Shown here: in pieces, positions 7,961-17,061 of the stretch | Position numbering within the stretch: the first letter of the stretch is position 1 | Layout: each line of letters starts with the position of its first letter | Source: an uncultured archaeon | Lineage (GTDB): Archaea; Asgardarchaeota; Hermodarchaeia; Hermodarchaeales; Hermodarchaeaceae | Direction of reading: 5' to 3' | NCBI GenBank assembly: GCA_964347045.1 | Contig: CAYFXC010000014.1 | Span: 1-27,890, forward strand | Length of the DNA: 27,890 nt | Program-made: the position numbers and the translations under genes | The notes under the pieces: model-generated | Told to the model about the DNA's origin: nothing | Databases searched by the model: none | What the model saw: the letters and a program-made list of their open reading frames with translations, nothing else

Positions 7961-8353
7961 ATGTCAGCCGATCCGAAAGACCATGTTGTGGACAACCTCA
8001 TGGGCTGTGCGGCATCCTTATGCGCCTATAGTCTGGTTTCGGATTTAAACAAAAAACTTGCATTATTACAACAGATCAACAAAGAGTACGGTGCCCTAAC
8101 CAACAAGCTAGAATCGGAAAATATAACTCTAAATGATTTGGATATCGCGGCTCCAGTCGCAAAAGAAAAGGTTGCTTCCGAAATTCAGCGACGGGACGAT
8201 TTTGGTCTAGATGCAGAAGCTGCTGAACGGTTACGTAAAATGTGCCCTTCGAAGGTGGATCAAATCATTAATTTCTTGAAACAGAACCGTGAATTCGAAA
8301 TCGTGATGTCTTTTTCGTTCAAAGAACCTCCAAAAGAATCTCAGGATGGCTAA
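7961..8353 (+). CDS. Hypothetical helical protein
   Basis: Open frame 7913-8353. ATG 7961 is preceded by a GTGAT RBS-like element. No recognisable motif. Confidence 0.55.
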   Translation: MSADPKDHVVDNLMGCAASLCAYSLVSDLNKKLALLQQINKEYGALTNKLESENITLNDLDIAAPVAKEKVASEIQRRDDFGLDAEAAERLRKMCPSKVDQIINFLKQNREFEIVMSFSFKEPPKESQDG

Positions 8354-8464
8354 CAGCCCTTTGTTATCTTTATCTGCTTCTCCTACTAGCCAGGCGATAG
8401 ATTATTTTTTAATCTGGCTTAGGTGAATTATTGTATTCTGAATCCTACCTAATCAGCTCAACCC

Positions 8465-8890
8465 TCAAGACGAAATCAAAGCAGAAAAAACCTTAGTTTT
8501 TTCCATCTCACCTTCAGCGAGTGGCCCTTCCTTTCCGATAACGATGAAGCTCACTGGTTCCATAACAATTTCAAAATCGAGTTTTAAGAGCTTACTCTGT
8601 ATTTTCTTTGCCGCGCTCCCAGCAAACCGCGATTTGAATCTAGTGTCAAAGGTCGCCGCTTTTTTACCCAAAAAGGAATCACCTTGCAACTTCTTAAAAA
8701 GCCCTTTCATCCCTCCGGACATATTCCATGCTTGCGTTGGACTGCCAAAAACAATCACGTCATACTCCTTGAGAGTGGAGACTTCAACATCGGATGCTTT
8801 GATGGCTTCTGCCTTAAGAACTTCTGCAATGCCATTTGCAACCTTTTCAGTGTTGCCAAACTTTGTGTCATAAATAACAAGTGCTTTCAT
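8465..8890 (-). CDS. Flavodoxin
   Basis: MKALVIYDTKFGNTEKVA FMN phosphate loop, YD.IVFGSPT, ATFDTR and GPL.EGE. Confidence 0.9.
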   Translation of the reverse strand: MKALVIYDTKFGNTEKVANGIAEVLKAEAIKASDVEVSTLKEYDVIVFGSPTQAWNMSGGMKGLFKKLQGDSFLGKKAATFDTRFKSRFAGSAAKKIQSKLLKLDFEIVMEPVSFIVIGKEGPLAEGEMEKTKVFSALISS

Positions 8891-8979
8891 GGAAGAAAAA
8901 CCAAAAGAGATTGGCTATAAACATTTCTAAGAACTGTTAAATGAAAAAACTAGCACAAAATGATATTCTGCATTTCAAA

Positions 8980-9924
8980 TCATAAGTCGGCTTTCTCGAT
9001 CATCTCTTTCAGACGCTGAAAACAAGGAAATGTACATTGTACATGTCGTGGATAAGTAACGAAATCTTCGATTGATGTGATATATGAATTTGTTTTGATT
9101 TGATGAATTATGGGAGGCACTTGATTGGCATCTTTAATGACTAAACCCACATCCAAAATGGGTTCATTGGTGGTGATACTTGACCACCAAAATTCAGCCG
9201 GATAAAGAACTGCTATCTGTGTGGCGAGGTTCCGACCCGAAATTTGTGTTGAGTCAAACCAAATTTTCAATCGATATTCCATGTCCCCTGCAGCAAATAT
9301 GTCGTACCCGGTTATGAAATGGACACCGCCCCCCTCTTGCAAATCCTGAAGAATTTTTCGTACTCTTCTCGAGGTCAATTTAGTCCGTTGGGCAAGCTGT
9401 GAGACCGGCATCCGAGAATCTTCAATCAAATGACATAAGACTTGTAATTGAACCTTGGAAAATGTTACTTTCTTTCCGGGAGAATTCATAAAATAGTCGG
9501 GGGGCATATTAGGAAACACAAAGACTATGGGGCGCATTTCTACATCAATTACACAATCGAGGTTTTCTAGAAATCGCTTGAGTCCAAAAGCCTCACTTGA
9601 CCCTCCAACCTGAGCCCATAGCTCATAGCGGCGATCACCAGTTCGATACACCTCACACGACGTGGGTTGAGCCCCAATTTGGTGCATCAGCTCAGCTCCC
9701 TTTTCCGAACCATCGGTCGAAATCACCGAAACAACATCTTCAACACCGAGCATCGCCCTACTTAAAACCACCACAGCTCTTCTTAACACGCCTTGATCAC
9801 GAAGTTTTTTGAGACGCTTTTTAATAGTATTCGTAGAGAGTGCAAATTTGTTAGCCAGTGTTTGATAAGACACCCTCGAGTTATAGTTGAGTTCACGAAT
9901 CAGTGCAAAATCTTGAGGGTCCAA
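8980..9924 (-). CDS. Tandem (duplicated) Lrp/AsnC-type winged-HTH transcription regulator
   Basis: Two HTH units, D..D..LI.EL..NSR.SY..LA....LS...IKKRL.KL and Q.QVL..L..DSRMP...LA....LT.RRVRK.L..L. GTGGTGA RBS before the TTG start. Confidence 0.85.
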   Translation of the reverse strand: MDPQDFALIRELNYNSRVSYQTLANKFALSTNTIKKRLKKLRDQGVLRRAVVVLSRAMLGVEDVVSVISTDGSEKGAELMHQIGAQPTSCEVYRTGDRRYELWAQVGGSSEAFGLKRFLENLDCVIDVEMRPIVFVFPNMPPDYFMNSPGKKVTFSKVQLQVLCHLIEDSRMPVSQLAQRTKLTSRRVRKILQDLQEGGGVHFITGYDIFAAGDMEYRLKIWFDSTQISGRNLATQIAVLYPAEFWWSSITTNEPILDVGLVIKDANQVPPIIHQIKTNSYITSIEDFVTYPRHVQCTFPCFQRLKEMIEKADL

Positions 9925-10271
9925 TCATTTCACCACGTATCGCTTGGAAAAGGAAGTCCAATTACCCTCTAAACAAAGCAAGAGACTAGCTATTTGGCCT
10001 CATTCCCTACATTACTGTAATTATATCCTGTAGCTTATTAAAAAATTCCCTTTCTGCGGTCAAATTTCTTAAAGGACGCAATTAATTTCTTACAAAAAAG
10101 CTGTGTTTTTGTAATTTTCGGACCTAGTTTGTTCCCATCAATTGAAATTATGGGCAAATAAATCACCCTCAGCAATACACCAGTGAACACGAGTAATCTT
10201 GTGTATTGTGCTGCTGTGAAAAAGCAGTCTTCCACGTTCGTTGGTTTCTAAAAACGGTTCGGGAGGTGAAC

Positions 10272-10763
10272 ATGCTGAATAAATTTAGTATATCTAAAAT
10301 ACTCGGTGTCTCTCTCCTTGCATTAATGTTCTTCATGGGCTTTGTCCCAGCTGCTCAAGCGAAACCGTATAAATGTACAATCGAAGTCTACTTCAATTCT
10401 GAATTTTGGAGCGATCCAACTGTATACATATGGAACGGAACCATTCATGGAGATCTCGAAGGAGTAATGACATTTTGGGCCACAGGTTATGGCGGTCCAG
10501 GGAGAGATGTAGGTAATGTCCATTTCTTCACTGAAGACTGGGTAATTGTGACAGAGGATGGTATAATCGCAGGTATTGACAGTGGATTAACGGGGTTTGC
10601 CAACTGGAAGTATCGAATGAACGGTGAAGTAACCTACGCAGATGGAGAATATGATGGTTTGGTAGGTCGCCGGGTACACATGCATGGTCAAATAACCTGG
10701 ACCTCAGTTGTTAATGGTGTTCCAATGGAAGGTGTTGCTCTGGGTCCGGTTAAAATAACCTAA
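10272..10763 (+). CDS. Secreted beta-rich hypothetical protein
   Basis: GGAGGTGA RBS at 10262-10269, ATG at 10272, signal peptide ending AQA, and a mature part rich in Gly and aromatic beta-strands. Confidence 0.75.
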   Translation: MLNKFSISKILGVSLLALMFFMGFVPAAQAKPYKCTIEVYFNSEFWSDPTVYIWNGTIHGDLEGVMTFWATGYGGPGRDVGNVHFFTEDWVIVTEDGIIAGIDSGLTGFANWKYRMNGEVTYADGEYDGLVGRRVHMHGQITWTSVVNGVPMEGVALGPVKIT

Positions 10764-10788
10764 GAAACAATGAAAGGCGAAACAAATT

Positions 10789-10825
10789 GGCGCTTGGAAA
10801 TATCCAAGACGCCTCTCCTTTTTTT
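10789..10825 (+). terminator. Hairpin plus T-tract terminator
   Basis: GGCGCTTGGA-AATA-TCCAAGACGCC followed by T7, 25 nt after the stop at 10763. Confidence 0.65.
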
Positions 10826-10928
10826 GTTTCTTGTCTCTGTATCAATTTGTTAAATTCGCATTACTATGGAGGGGTGGGGACCAAATAAAAATGATAGGAT
10901 TGAAAGTCATAGAGAATCGGGTGCTGAA

Positions 10929-11927
10929 ATGGTGAAGCAGGAAACAAAGACAATTGTGTCCATTGTGCAACATGAGGATGTTCGATTCGCAGTCCGGGAA
11001 GCGATTAAACTTCTAGACAGGATGAACGCTTTTGTTCAACCAGAGGATAAGGTGGTTATCAAACCCAACCTAGTGTTTGCATTGCACCCTTTTACTGGGT
11101 TTACAACTGATCCGACAGTTATCCGAACAATAATTGAGTTGTGTCAGACCGCGAACCCTTCAGAAATAATTATTGGTGAAGGTTCTGGTGGAATTAATAC
11201 ACATCTGGCTTTCATGAGTTGTGGTTACACTAACCTTCTGAAGGATTACGATGTCAAATTTGTGGACCTTAATACATCTCCAACAACAAACATTGAAGTT
11301 CCAAATGGTGTAGTCGTTCAGCAGTTGAATGTTCCGAACCTGATTCTCGAGTGCGACGTGTTGATTAATGTGCCCAAGCTTAAACTCTATAAACGGATTC
11401 CGCAAAGAAGTGACTGGGTAAGTCTAGCAGTAAAGAATCTATTGGGAGCAGTTCCTGGCAAGGGTGAATACTCATCGACTCGACCTTCTGGAATGGCGGT
11501 TGAATGTTCCCGTCAATTTTGGAAACCAGATGGGGAATATTATCATCCGGCATATCGCCAATGGTGGAGACCTCGTGGTGAAAGGAAACGAATTCATGCC
11601 AACCTTGCAGATGGATTAGTTGATGTGAACATGGTATTCAAACCGACTCTCAACATCATTGATGGGTTTATTGTTAGCAATGACGTAAATATGACCACCA
11701 CACGAGCCGAGAAACCCGTTCCCCTCAATACAATTCTTGCCAGTCAAGACCCGCTGGCCCTTGATTGCATTGCTGCAAAAATTGCTGGGCTCGACCCCTT
11801 TGACATAAATTATCTTTTACGTGCGGCGGAAAGAGAAATTGGGGAATCTGATTACGATCGTATTCAAGTGCGGGGAACTCCACTGAAAAAAATAAAACAA
11901 GATTGGGAAATGCTGTTTAATTGTTAA
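10929..11927 (+). CDS. DUF362 family protein
   Basis: VVIKPN, TTDP, GEG, LINVPKLK, SLAVKN..G, P.LNIIDG and ASQDPLALD motifs. Start probably ATG 10929; the ORF is open from 10866. Confidence 0.85.
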   Translation: MVKQETKTIVSIVQHEDVRFAVREAIKLLDRMNAFVQPEDKVVIKPNLVFALHPFTGFTTDPTVIRTIIELCQTANPSEIIIGEGSGGINTHLAFMSCGYTNLLKDYDVKFVDLNTSPTTNIEVPNGVVVQQLNVPNLILECDVLINVPKLKLYKRIPQRSDWVSLAVKNLLGAVPGKGEYSSTRPSGMAVECSRQFWKPDGEYYHPAYRQWWRPRGERKRIHANLADGLVDVNMVFKPTLNIIDGFIVSNDVNMTTTRAEKPVPLNTILASQDPLALDCIAAKIAGLDPFDINYLLRAAEREIGESDYDRIQVRGTPLKKIKQDWEMLFNC

Positions 11928-12001
11928 TCCTTCTTGTTGTAAATCATCTCTGAAAGGAGTGCTCAGTCAACTCAAAAATTATTAATGGTGATATAGGAAA
12001 A

Positions 12002-12507
12002 GTGCCCTTGGGTGTATTCGAATTGCAATTTCCTCTCACACTTGAACAGATTAGGGTTATTATTGCTGTCATTAGCATCGTGGTTGGTGTAATTTTAGGA
12101 TTGCAGTCTGCCAAGGATTGGTCAAAGGATCGAAATGCCGGGCTGTTCCTTCAATATCAGCTTCAAGCATTCAATACAAAATTTCTCGAGCATTATCTTG
12201 AAATAATCACTAAATGGCCATGGAAAGATAGTGAAGAATTTTGGAAGAAGTATGGTGATCTAAAAATTTTGCACAATTTATCTCGGTAGGAACGATTTTT
12301 GATAGTATGGGGCTTCTTGTGAAGCAGAAATACATTCCCGTGAAGATGATTCCGGAATTAATGATTGTCGCCGCCAGGGATTTCTGATTAAAGGTGGAAC
12401 CAATTGCTCGTCAACTCGGTGTTGACGTAAAACGATCGAATACATTTCAGAACGTCGAATACCTTTTCAACGAAATTCAGAAACTGGATGCCCCAAAAGA
12501 ATCTTGA
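12002..12507 (+). pseudogene. DUF4760-like membrane-anchored protein, frameshifted with an internal nonsense codon
   Basis: First frame gives a TM helix ...W.D.EEFWKKYG. The -1 frame from about 12262 continues KNFAQFISVGTIFDSMGLLVKQKYIP...RDF*LKVEPI...FQNVEYLFNEIQK to TGA 12507. Internal TGA at 12385. Confidence 0.75.
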
Positions 12508-12519
12508 AATTCAGGATAA

Positions 12520-13095
12520 CTAGAATTCTTTTCCAAGCTGATAAACGCTCTCTAGATATTGCTTGCGAGTGGCATCATCAACAGATGCAACGGAATAAAG
12601 GTAGACAATGTTTACAGATTTAATTCCACATTCTGACATTGTGGAATTGAGAATATTGCCCATGGCGTTGCCTAAGCCTTTTGTCTTATAGAATTCTTCA
12701 GGGTTACCTGTTGTAAAGATGTACATTCCTTTTTCTTGTGTTAGATGACCATGCATGCCATCCCTATCGGCAGTCCAGGCGAATCCCCAGGAAAACACGC
12801 GTTGGAGCCATCCTTCAAGGATTGCAGGTACAAACCATCCGAGGACTGGCCCAATGATGACTAGCCCATCAGCGTTGACTAATTTCTTTTGCTCGGCTTG
12901 GATATCAGCAGACATGGGTTTGCCTTGGAATTGAGCGAAATCTTCAAGTTGGAAGCTGGGATTGAAATTCTGGGCATACAGGTCTGAGACTTCGAATTCG
13001 TGTCCGCCGTCTTCGAGTCCTTTTGTAAAGGAGTCAAGAACGGCACGATTAAACGATTGCGGATTGGGATGGCCAAATACAACTAATACTTTTAT
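12520..13095 (-). CDS. NAD(P)H dehydrogenase (quinone), flavodoxin-2 fold; apparent start codon is ATA
   Basis: The frame extends in-frame 60 codons upstream of the called ATG 12915: (I)KVLVVFGHPNPQSFN...DLYAQNFNP, then P..W..PAILEGW..RVF..GFA and TTG motifs. Confidence 0.8.
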   Translation of the reverse strand: MKVLVVFGHPNPQSFNRAVLDSFTKGLEDGGHEFEVSDLYAQNFNPSFQLEDFAQFQGKPMSADIQAEQKKLVNADGLVIIGPVLGWFVPAILEGWLQRVFSWGFAWTADRDGMHGHLTQEKGMYIFTTGNPEEFYKTKGLGNAMGNILNSTMSECGIKSVNIVYLYSVASVDDATRKQYLESVYQLGKEF

Positions 13096-13256
13096 GACGA
13101 ATCACTATATTTCCCAATACCGCTGTTTTCCTTTTAAGCTTTAAATCTTTAAAGACCTCTACGTTAAATGCTTTCAAAGAAATAGTAGCATCTGTTAATA
13201 ATAGGTGCCAATAGAATAACAAGTACCTCAAAGAAGTTCTCTATGGGTGAATGTGT

Positions 13257-15209
13257 CTAGCCTACTGATTTTTTATGATATAACCAATATCCCACAACTG
13301 TGACCACTACTATGATTACAATTGCTGCTGCTATTGGAATGGCATAGAGTAGTAATGGATTTATGGCAAAACCGGGGAGAACGTCTAATGTGGTGGAAAC
13401 GGTTTTCCGCCAGTTATTGTTCGTGTCATAAGCTTTGATGTAATAGGTGATATTGGTTCTCAGAGCCGTTTCGGTTCCTGGAATAATTGCCTGATAATCC
13501 GCGTCCAGGAGTTGGGTCATTGCAAGGGTTTGTTCAGGTCCATTGTCCAGTTGATAGAATACTGTGACGTTCTCTACACCTGCCGTGTCATTTACCGTTG
13601 CAGTGATGGTAAAAGGCTGCCCTCCCGTAGGGGTCGGTGGGTTGTTTGCTACATTCGAAATGATTGGACCATATACATCGATGGCTTGTAAGGACGTATT
13701 CAGTAACCACTCGATGGCTTGCCTAACAAGGAGGTCGTTTTTCATGTCGGTGGCTCCGTAATCGAAATTGCTAAAGAAGGTCGTACCCGATACATAAATT
13801 CGAGAATCACCAATCGTTTCCACAGCCATCAATGGTATCGAATCTCCACCGGTTGTATCTGCAGTGGTATCATAGATGACAACAGGTGGCGGTGGATTCC
13901 CTGGAAAGTCTTGATAGAAGGTCGGGTCGCCAAAGGTGATGTTAGTGATCGCCGATGGATCTGTATACCATAAGCTGCTGGTGGAAAACATTCGGATCTT
14001 ATTCACGCCGGTCGTAATGCCATACGTCACAGTTCCGGGTAAGACATTGTCAATGTCACAGTACCAGGGTCTTCCTGGATCAAAACTATCTGAAGCAAAG
14101 ACTTGGTCATCATTTAATTGTATATGGCTTGTTAGATTATCGAGAAGCCAATTCATTTCCTGTCGGCGAAAACTAGAGTAAAAATCCGAATATCCTGTAA
14201 GGAGCATGTGGCCGTCGGTTTGGTTGACTATCCAATTTGCAATCGCGTTAATTTCAGCTGTCGTAAAGGCAAGAAATGGTGCGGTGATGATGAGTAAGTC
14301 AACGGCTTGTAGGTCATCAGGTGTAATCGTATCATCATTAATAATTATATTCACCGAAAATTGATTTAGGAAGCTTTTAAATGAGGAAAGTTGGTCCTCT
14401 GGTGCAGTGGTATAAGCATTATCATGACCTTCATCAATGAGGACGGTCCATGTTGAAATTCCGCCCGGAATGTTAGGGGGGTCGAGTCCTTGAATGGCCG
14501 AATACCATAGATTCCGAAGGCCTGTTATGGCTCGGCTTGTCTGGTTTTCGATGATGCTATGAAATGTGGGATCATTATCAAGTGGACTTGGTGAAGGAAT
14601 CGTGCCTGTCGGATAGAGCGCTCGGCACTCGTCGTAGTAGTCATGTGCAATCGTTGCATAGTCGATTAAGTATTGGCTCGGATCCCCAACGAGTGCCAAC
14701 TCACCAATCGTCGGTGAAAAAGTGGCCAAATGATAGTTAATATCCGTTTCTAATGCTGCGTGTCCAGCCCAATTATCATCAGTGTGTACAGGGATATTAG
14801 GATCAGTGAAGTAGTGGGACATGACGCCCGCTGCAAACATCCCCTTGTCCCAGGCGCCAACAGACAGGTTCTGCCGGAGATAACCATACCAGCGGTCCAC
14901 AGCAATGTGTGCTGAACGCTCTTCAGTATGTGGATAATAGAGGTGGTTATCCCAATCTTGCCAGACGACATCAGGCGTAATTGATCCGGCTTTTATCTGG
15001 GCTTCAAAAAATTCAAAAGCATCCTTCCAATCGCCTGTAGGCATTGCATCGATTGCATATTCGACCATCCACATATGCGTCGCCAGTCCCCACGCCTGAG
15101 TTGTTGAAAGTTGCGGTAAACCAACAACCAGCGAACAAGCAAGAACCGTAATAATCATGAACGCTTTGACAGATTGTTTGGGTTTGATACGATTCCACCC
15201 CTGCAACAT
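13257..15209 (-). CDS. Membrane-anchored surface enzyme: Zn-dependent phospholipase C/P1-nuclease domain, GldG/DUF4350-like domain, Ig-like domain and C-terminal TM
   Basis: Signal peptide ending TQA then WGLATH; GS..PD, NH, G.MSHYFTD...P.H and H...E zinc ligands; VLIDEGHDN domain; ITATVND.AGV.NVTVFY Ig-like domain; hydrophobic tail followed by HKK. Start uncertain (15272, 15209 or 15158). Confidence 0.85.
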   Translation of the reverse strand: MLQGWNRIKPKQSVKAFMIITVLACSLVVGLPQLSTTQAWGLATHMWMVEYAIDAMPTGDWKDAFEFFEAQIKAGSITPDVVWQDWDNHLYYPHTEERSAHIAVDRWYGYLRQNLSVGAWDKGMFAAGVMSHYFTDPNIPVHTDDNWAGHAALETDINYHLATFSPTIGELALVGDPSQYLIDYATIAHDYYDECRALYPTGTIPSPSPLDNDPTFHSIIENQTSRAITGLRNLWYSAIQGLDPPNIPGGISTWTVLIDEGHDNAYTTAPEDQLSSFKSFLNQFSVNIIINDDTITPDDLQAVDLLIITAPFLAFTTAEINAIANWIVNQTDGHMLLTGYSDFYSSFRRQEMNWLLDNLTSHIQLNDDQVFASDSFDPGRPWYCDIDNVLPGTVTYGITTGVNKIRMFSTSSLWYTDPSAITNITFGDPTFYQDFPGNPPPPVVIYDTTADTTGGDSIPLMAVETIGDSRIYVSGTTFFSNFDYGATDMKNDLLVRQAIEWLLNTSLQAIDVYGPIISNVANNPPTPTGGQPFTITATVNDTAGVENVTVFYQLDNGPEQTLAMTQLLDADYQAIIPGTETALRTNITYYIKAYDTNNNWRKTVSTTLDVLPGFAINPLLLYAIPIAAAIVIIVVVTVVGYWLYHKKSVG

Positions 15210-15381
15210 TATGAGTGTATGACAGCTTTGGTTCTGTTTATACATTAAAATCCCACTCCTACTACACGTCAAGTAAAAATGTTCTACTAAAATAATTATT
15301 CAAGACAAAGCGAAAACATTTAGATATAATATGAACAAAAGCAATGATTCCTAGAGGGTTTAGTCTACGTTTGTGAAAATA

Positions 15382-16740
15382 ATGAAAAAAATGAAAATTT
15401 CCTCAACACTGCTGCTTGCTCTTCTTATGATACTTCCGATAACGCTGTTTACAATGACACCAACAACTTGGCTGACTAATGAACTGGCGCCGCGAGTTAG
15501 TGCACAATTTGAGCTGTGGGATAGTACATATGGTACAATTGGACGAGACGAAGCAGGTTATATGATTGAAGTGAGTTCAGGTGGATTTCTTATGGCCGGT
15601 GGCTCAGATGCTGGAACGGGTACTAATCGAGATGCTTGGTTAGTCCGGATAGATGACGACGGTAACCAACTCTGGAATCAATCGTATGCGCGAGTAGGGG
15701 GCTACGTTGAAAGGTTTTGGCACGTGGTTGAATGCAGTGATGGTGGCTTTGCAGCCACTGGTAATGCTCCTGCCGATATCTTAAGTCTCAATGATGACGT
15801 GTTGGTCCTTCGAACTGACGCGAATGGGAATCAATTATGGAATCGCACCTTTGGCGGGTCCAACTCTGAAGTTGGGTGGGGAATCGTAGAAGTCAGTGGT
15901 GGCGGCTACGCAATTATTAGCGAAACAGACCAATATGGTGCTGGTCTCGCTGATATGTGGTTAATCCGCTTAGACGCGAATGGTAATCATCTCTGGAACA
16001 AGACCTATGGTGGAAGCGGTGTTGATACTGGGTTTTCGTTAGTGGAAACGAGCGGTGGCTTTGCACTTTTTGGACGGACTGAGAGTATCGGTGCTGGTGG
16101 TTCGGATTTGTGGCTGGTTCGTGTTGATGCATCTGGTAACCACTTATGGAATCAGACATACGGTGGAACAGATCATGAATGGGGGTTACAGATTCAAGAA
16201 CTTGATAACGGGGACTTTGGACTCAGTGGTGACACGTTAAGTTTTGGTATCAACTCAGGTTCATATGAGAACGCTTTCTTTCTCCGTGTGACTGCAACTG
16301 GAACTCACCTCTGGAACCATACGTACGGTGGAACTGATACTGAGTACGCTTTTGATTTCAAAGAACTAAGTGATGGAAGCTTTGTACTCGCTGGATCCAC
16401 TCGTAGCTTCAATGTTGGTAACTATGACTTCTATGTCATGCGCACAGACGCCAATGGAAATCTGTTATGGAATCAAACCTATGGTGGAGCCGAGAACGAA
16501 TTAGGTCGTTCCGTTATAGCTCTCAGCACAGGAGGCTTCATGGTTTTCGGTCAAACAGCCACCTATGGTGCAGGACTTGAAGACTTTTGGCTTCTGAAAA
16601 TCTCTGATGGTCCAACAACGCCTACGACTCCAACTCCCACAACTACGTTCCCTATACCTGGTTTCCCCCTTAGTGCCATTGCCATTGCTCTCGTTCTCTC
16701 GCTCGGAATTGGAATCATCGCCCGACGACGAAAACGCTAA
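15382..16740 (+). CDS. Cell-surface 7-repeat beta-propeller protein with Thr/Pro linker and PGF-CTERM-like anchor
   Basis: Signal peptide, seven ~53-aa repeats (WNxTYGG...E...GGF...G...D.WL.R.D..GN.L), PTTPTTPTPTTT linker, and IPGF + TM + RRRKR. Start uncertain (15373, 15382 or 15391). Confidence 0.88.
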   Translation: MKKMKISSTLLLALLMILPITLFTMTPTTWLTNELAPRVSAQFELWDSTYGTIGRDEAGYMIEVSSGGFLMAGGSDAGTGTNRDAWLVRIDDDGNQLWNQSYARVGGYVERFWHVVECSDGGFAATGNAPADILSLNDDVLVLRTDANGNQLWNRTFGGSNSEVGWGIVEVSGGGYAIISETDQYGAGLADMWLIRLDANGNHLWNKTYGGSGVDTGFSLVETSGGFALFGRTESIGAGGSDLWLVRVDASGNHLWNQTYGGTDHEWGLQIQELDNGDFGLSGDTLSFGINSGSYENAFFLRVTATGTHLWNHTYGGTDTEYAFDFKELSDGSFVLAGSTRSFNVGNYDFYVMRTDANGNLLWNQTYGGAENELGRSVIALSTGGFMVFGQTATYGAGLEDFWLLKISDGPTTPTTPTPTTTFPIPGFPLSAIAIALVLSLGIGIIARRRKR

Positions 16741-16750
16741 TCTATTTTAT

Positions 16751-16784
16751 TGAGGAGGCGATATGTCCTCCTCATCGTTTTTTT
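16751..16784 (+). terminator. Hairpin plus T-tract terminator
   Basis: TGAGGAGG-N8-CCTCCTCA followed by T7, 10 nt after the stop. Confidence 0.7.
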
Positions 16785-17061
16785 ATTTGTTAGAAATAAT
16801 TATCACGTAAAATGCGATTCTCCTAAGGTTAGAGTGAGTACAAGATTTCTAATTGACTGGTCACTAGACAAGTGTTCAAGCGTATTCACATGAAAAGTCA
16901 AAATAGGCCATTATGAATCTCATGGTGTTTGACTTTATAAGTAATGATTTAAACTATTTAGAACCTTAGATGGTTTCGAATGGCTTCGATGAATTGAATT
17001 TAGCTTCTTGACTTAATCCACTTCAAGAAATGCAAAGTCATTCTAACGAGGTGGGTGTTCT

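Noticed and set aside
12385-12387. In-frame TGA as selenocysteine
   Set aside because: The context suggests Trp rather than Cys, the gene also has a frameshift, and no SECIS-like element was recognised.
12879-13082. Separate ORF or frameshift explaining the short oxidoreductase
   Set aside because: The true N-terminus is in the same frame as 12520-12915; this ORF is an off-frame shadow.
15500-16600. Periodic DNA repeats as a CRISPR array or DGR template/variable repeats
   Set aside because: They are degenerate ~160-nt coding repeats of propeller blades. There are no identical repeats with spacers, no adenine-specific variation and no reverse transcriptase.
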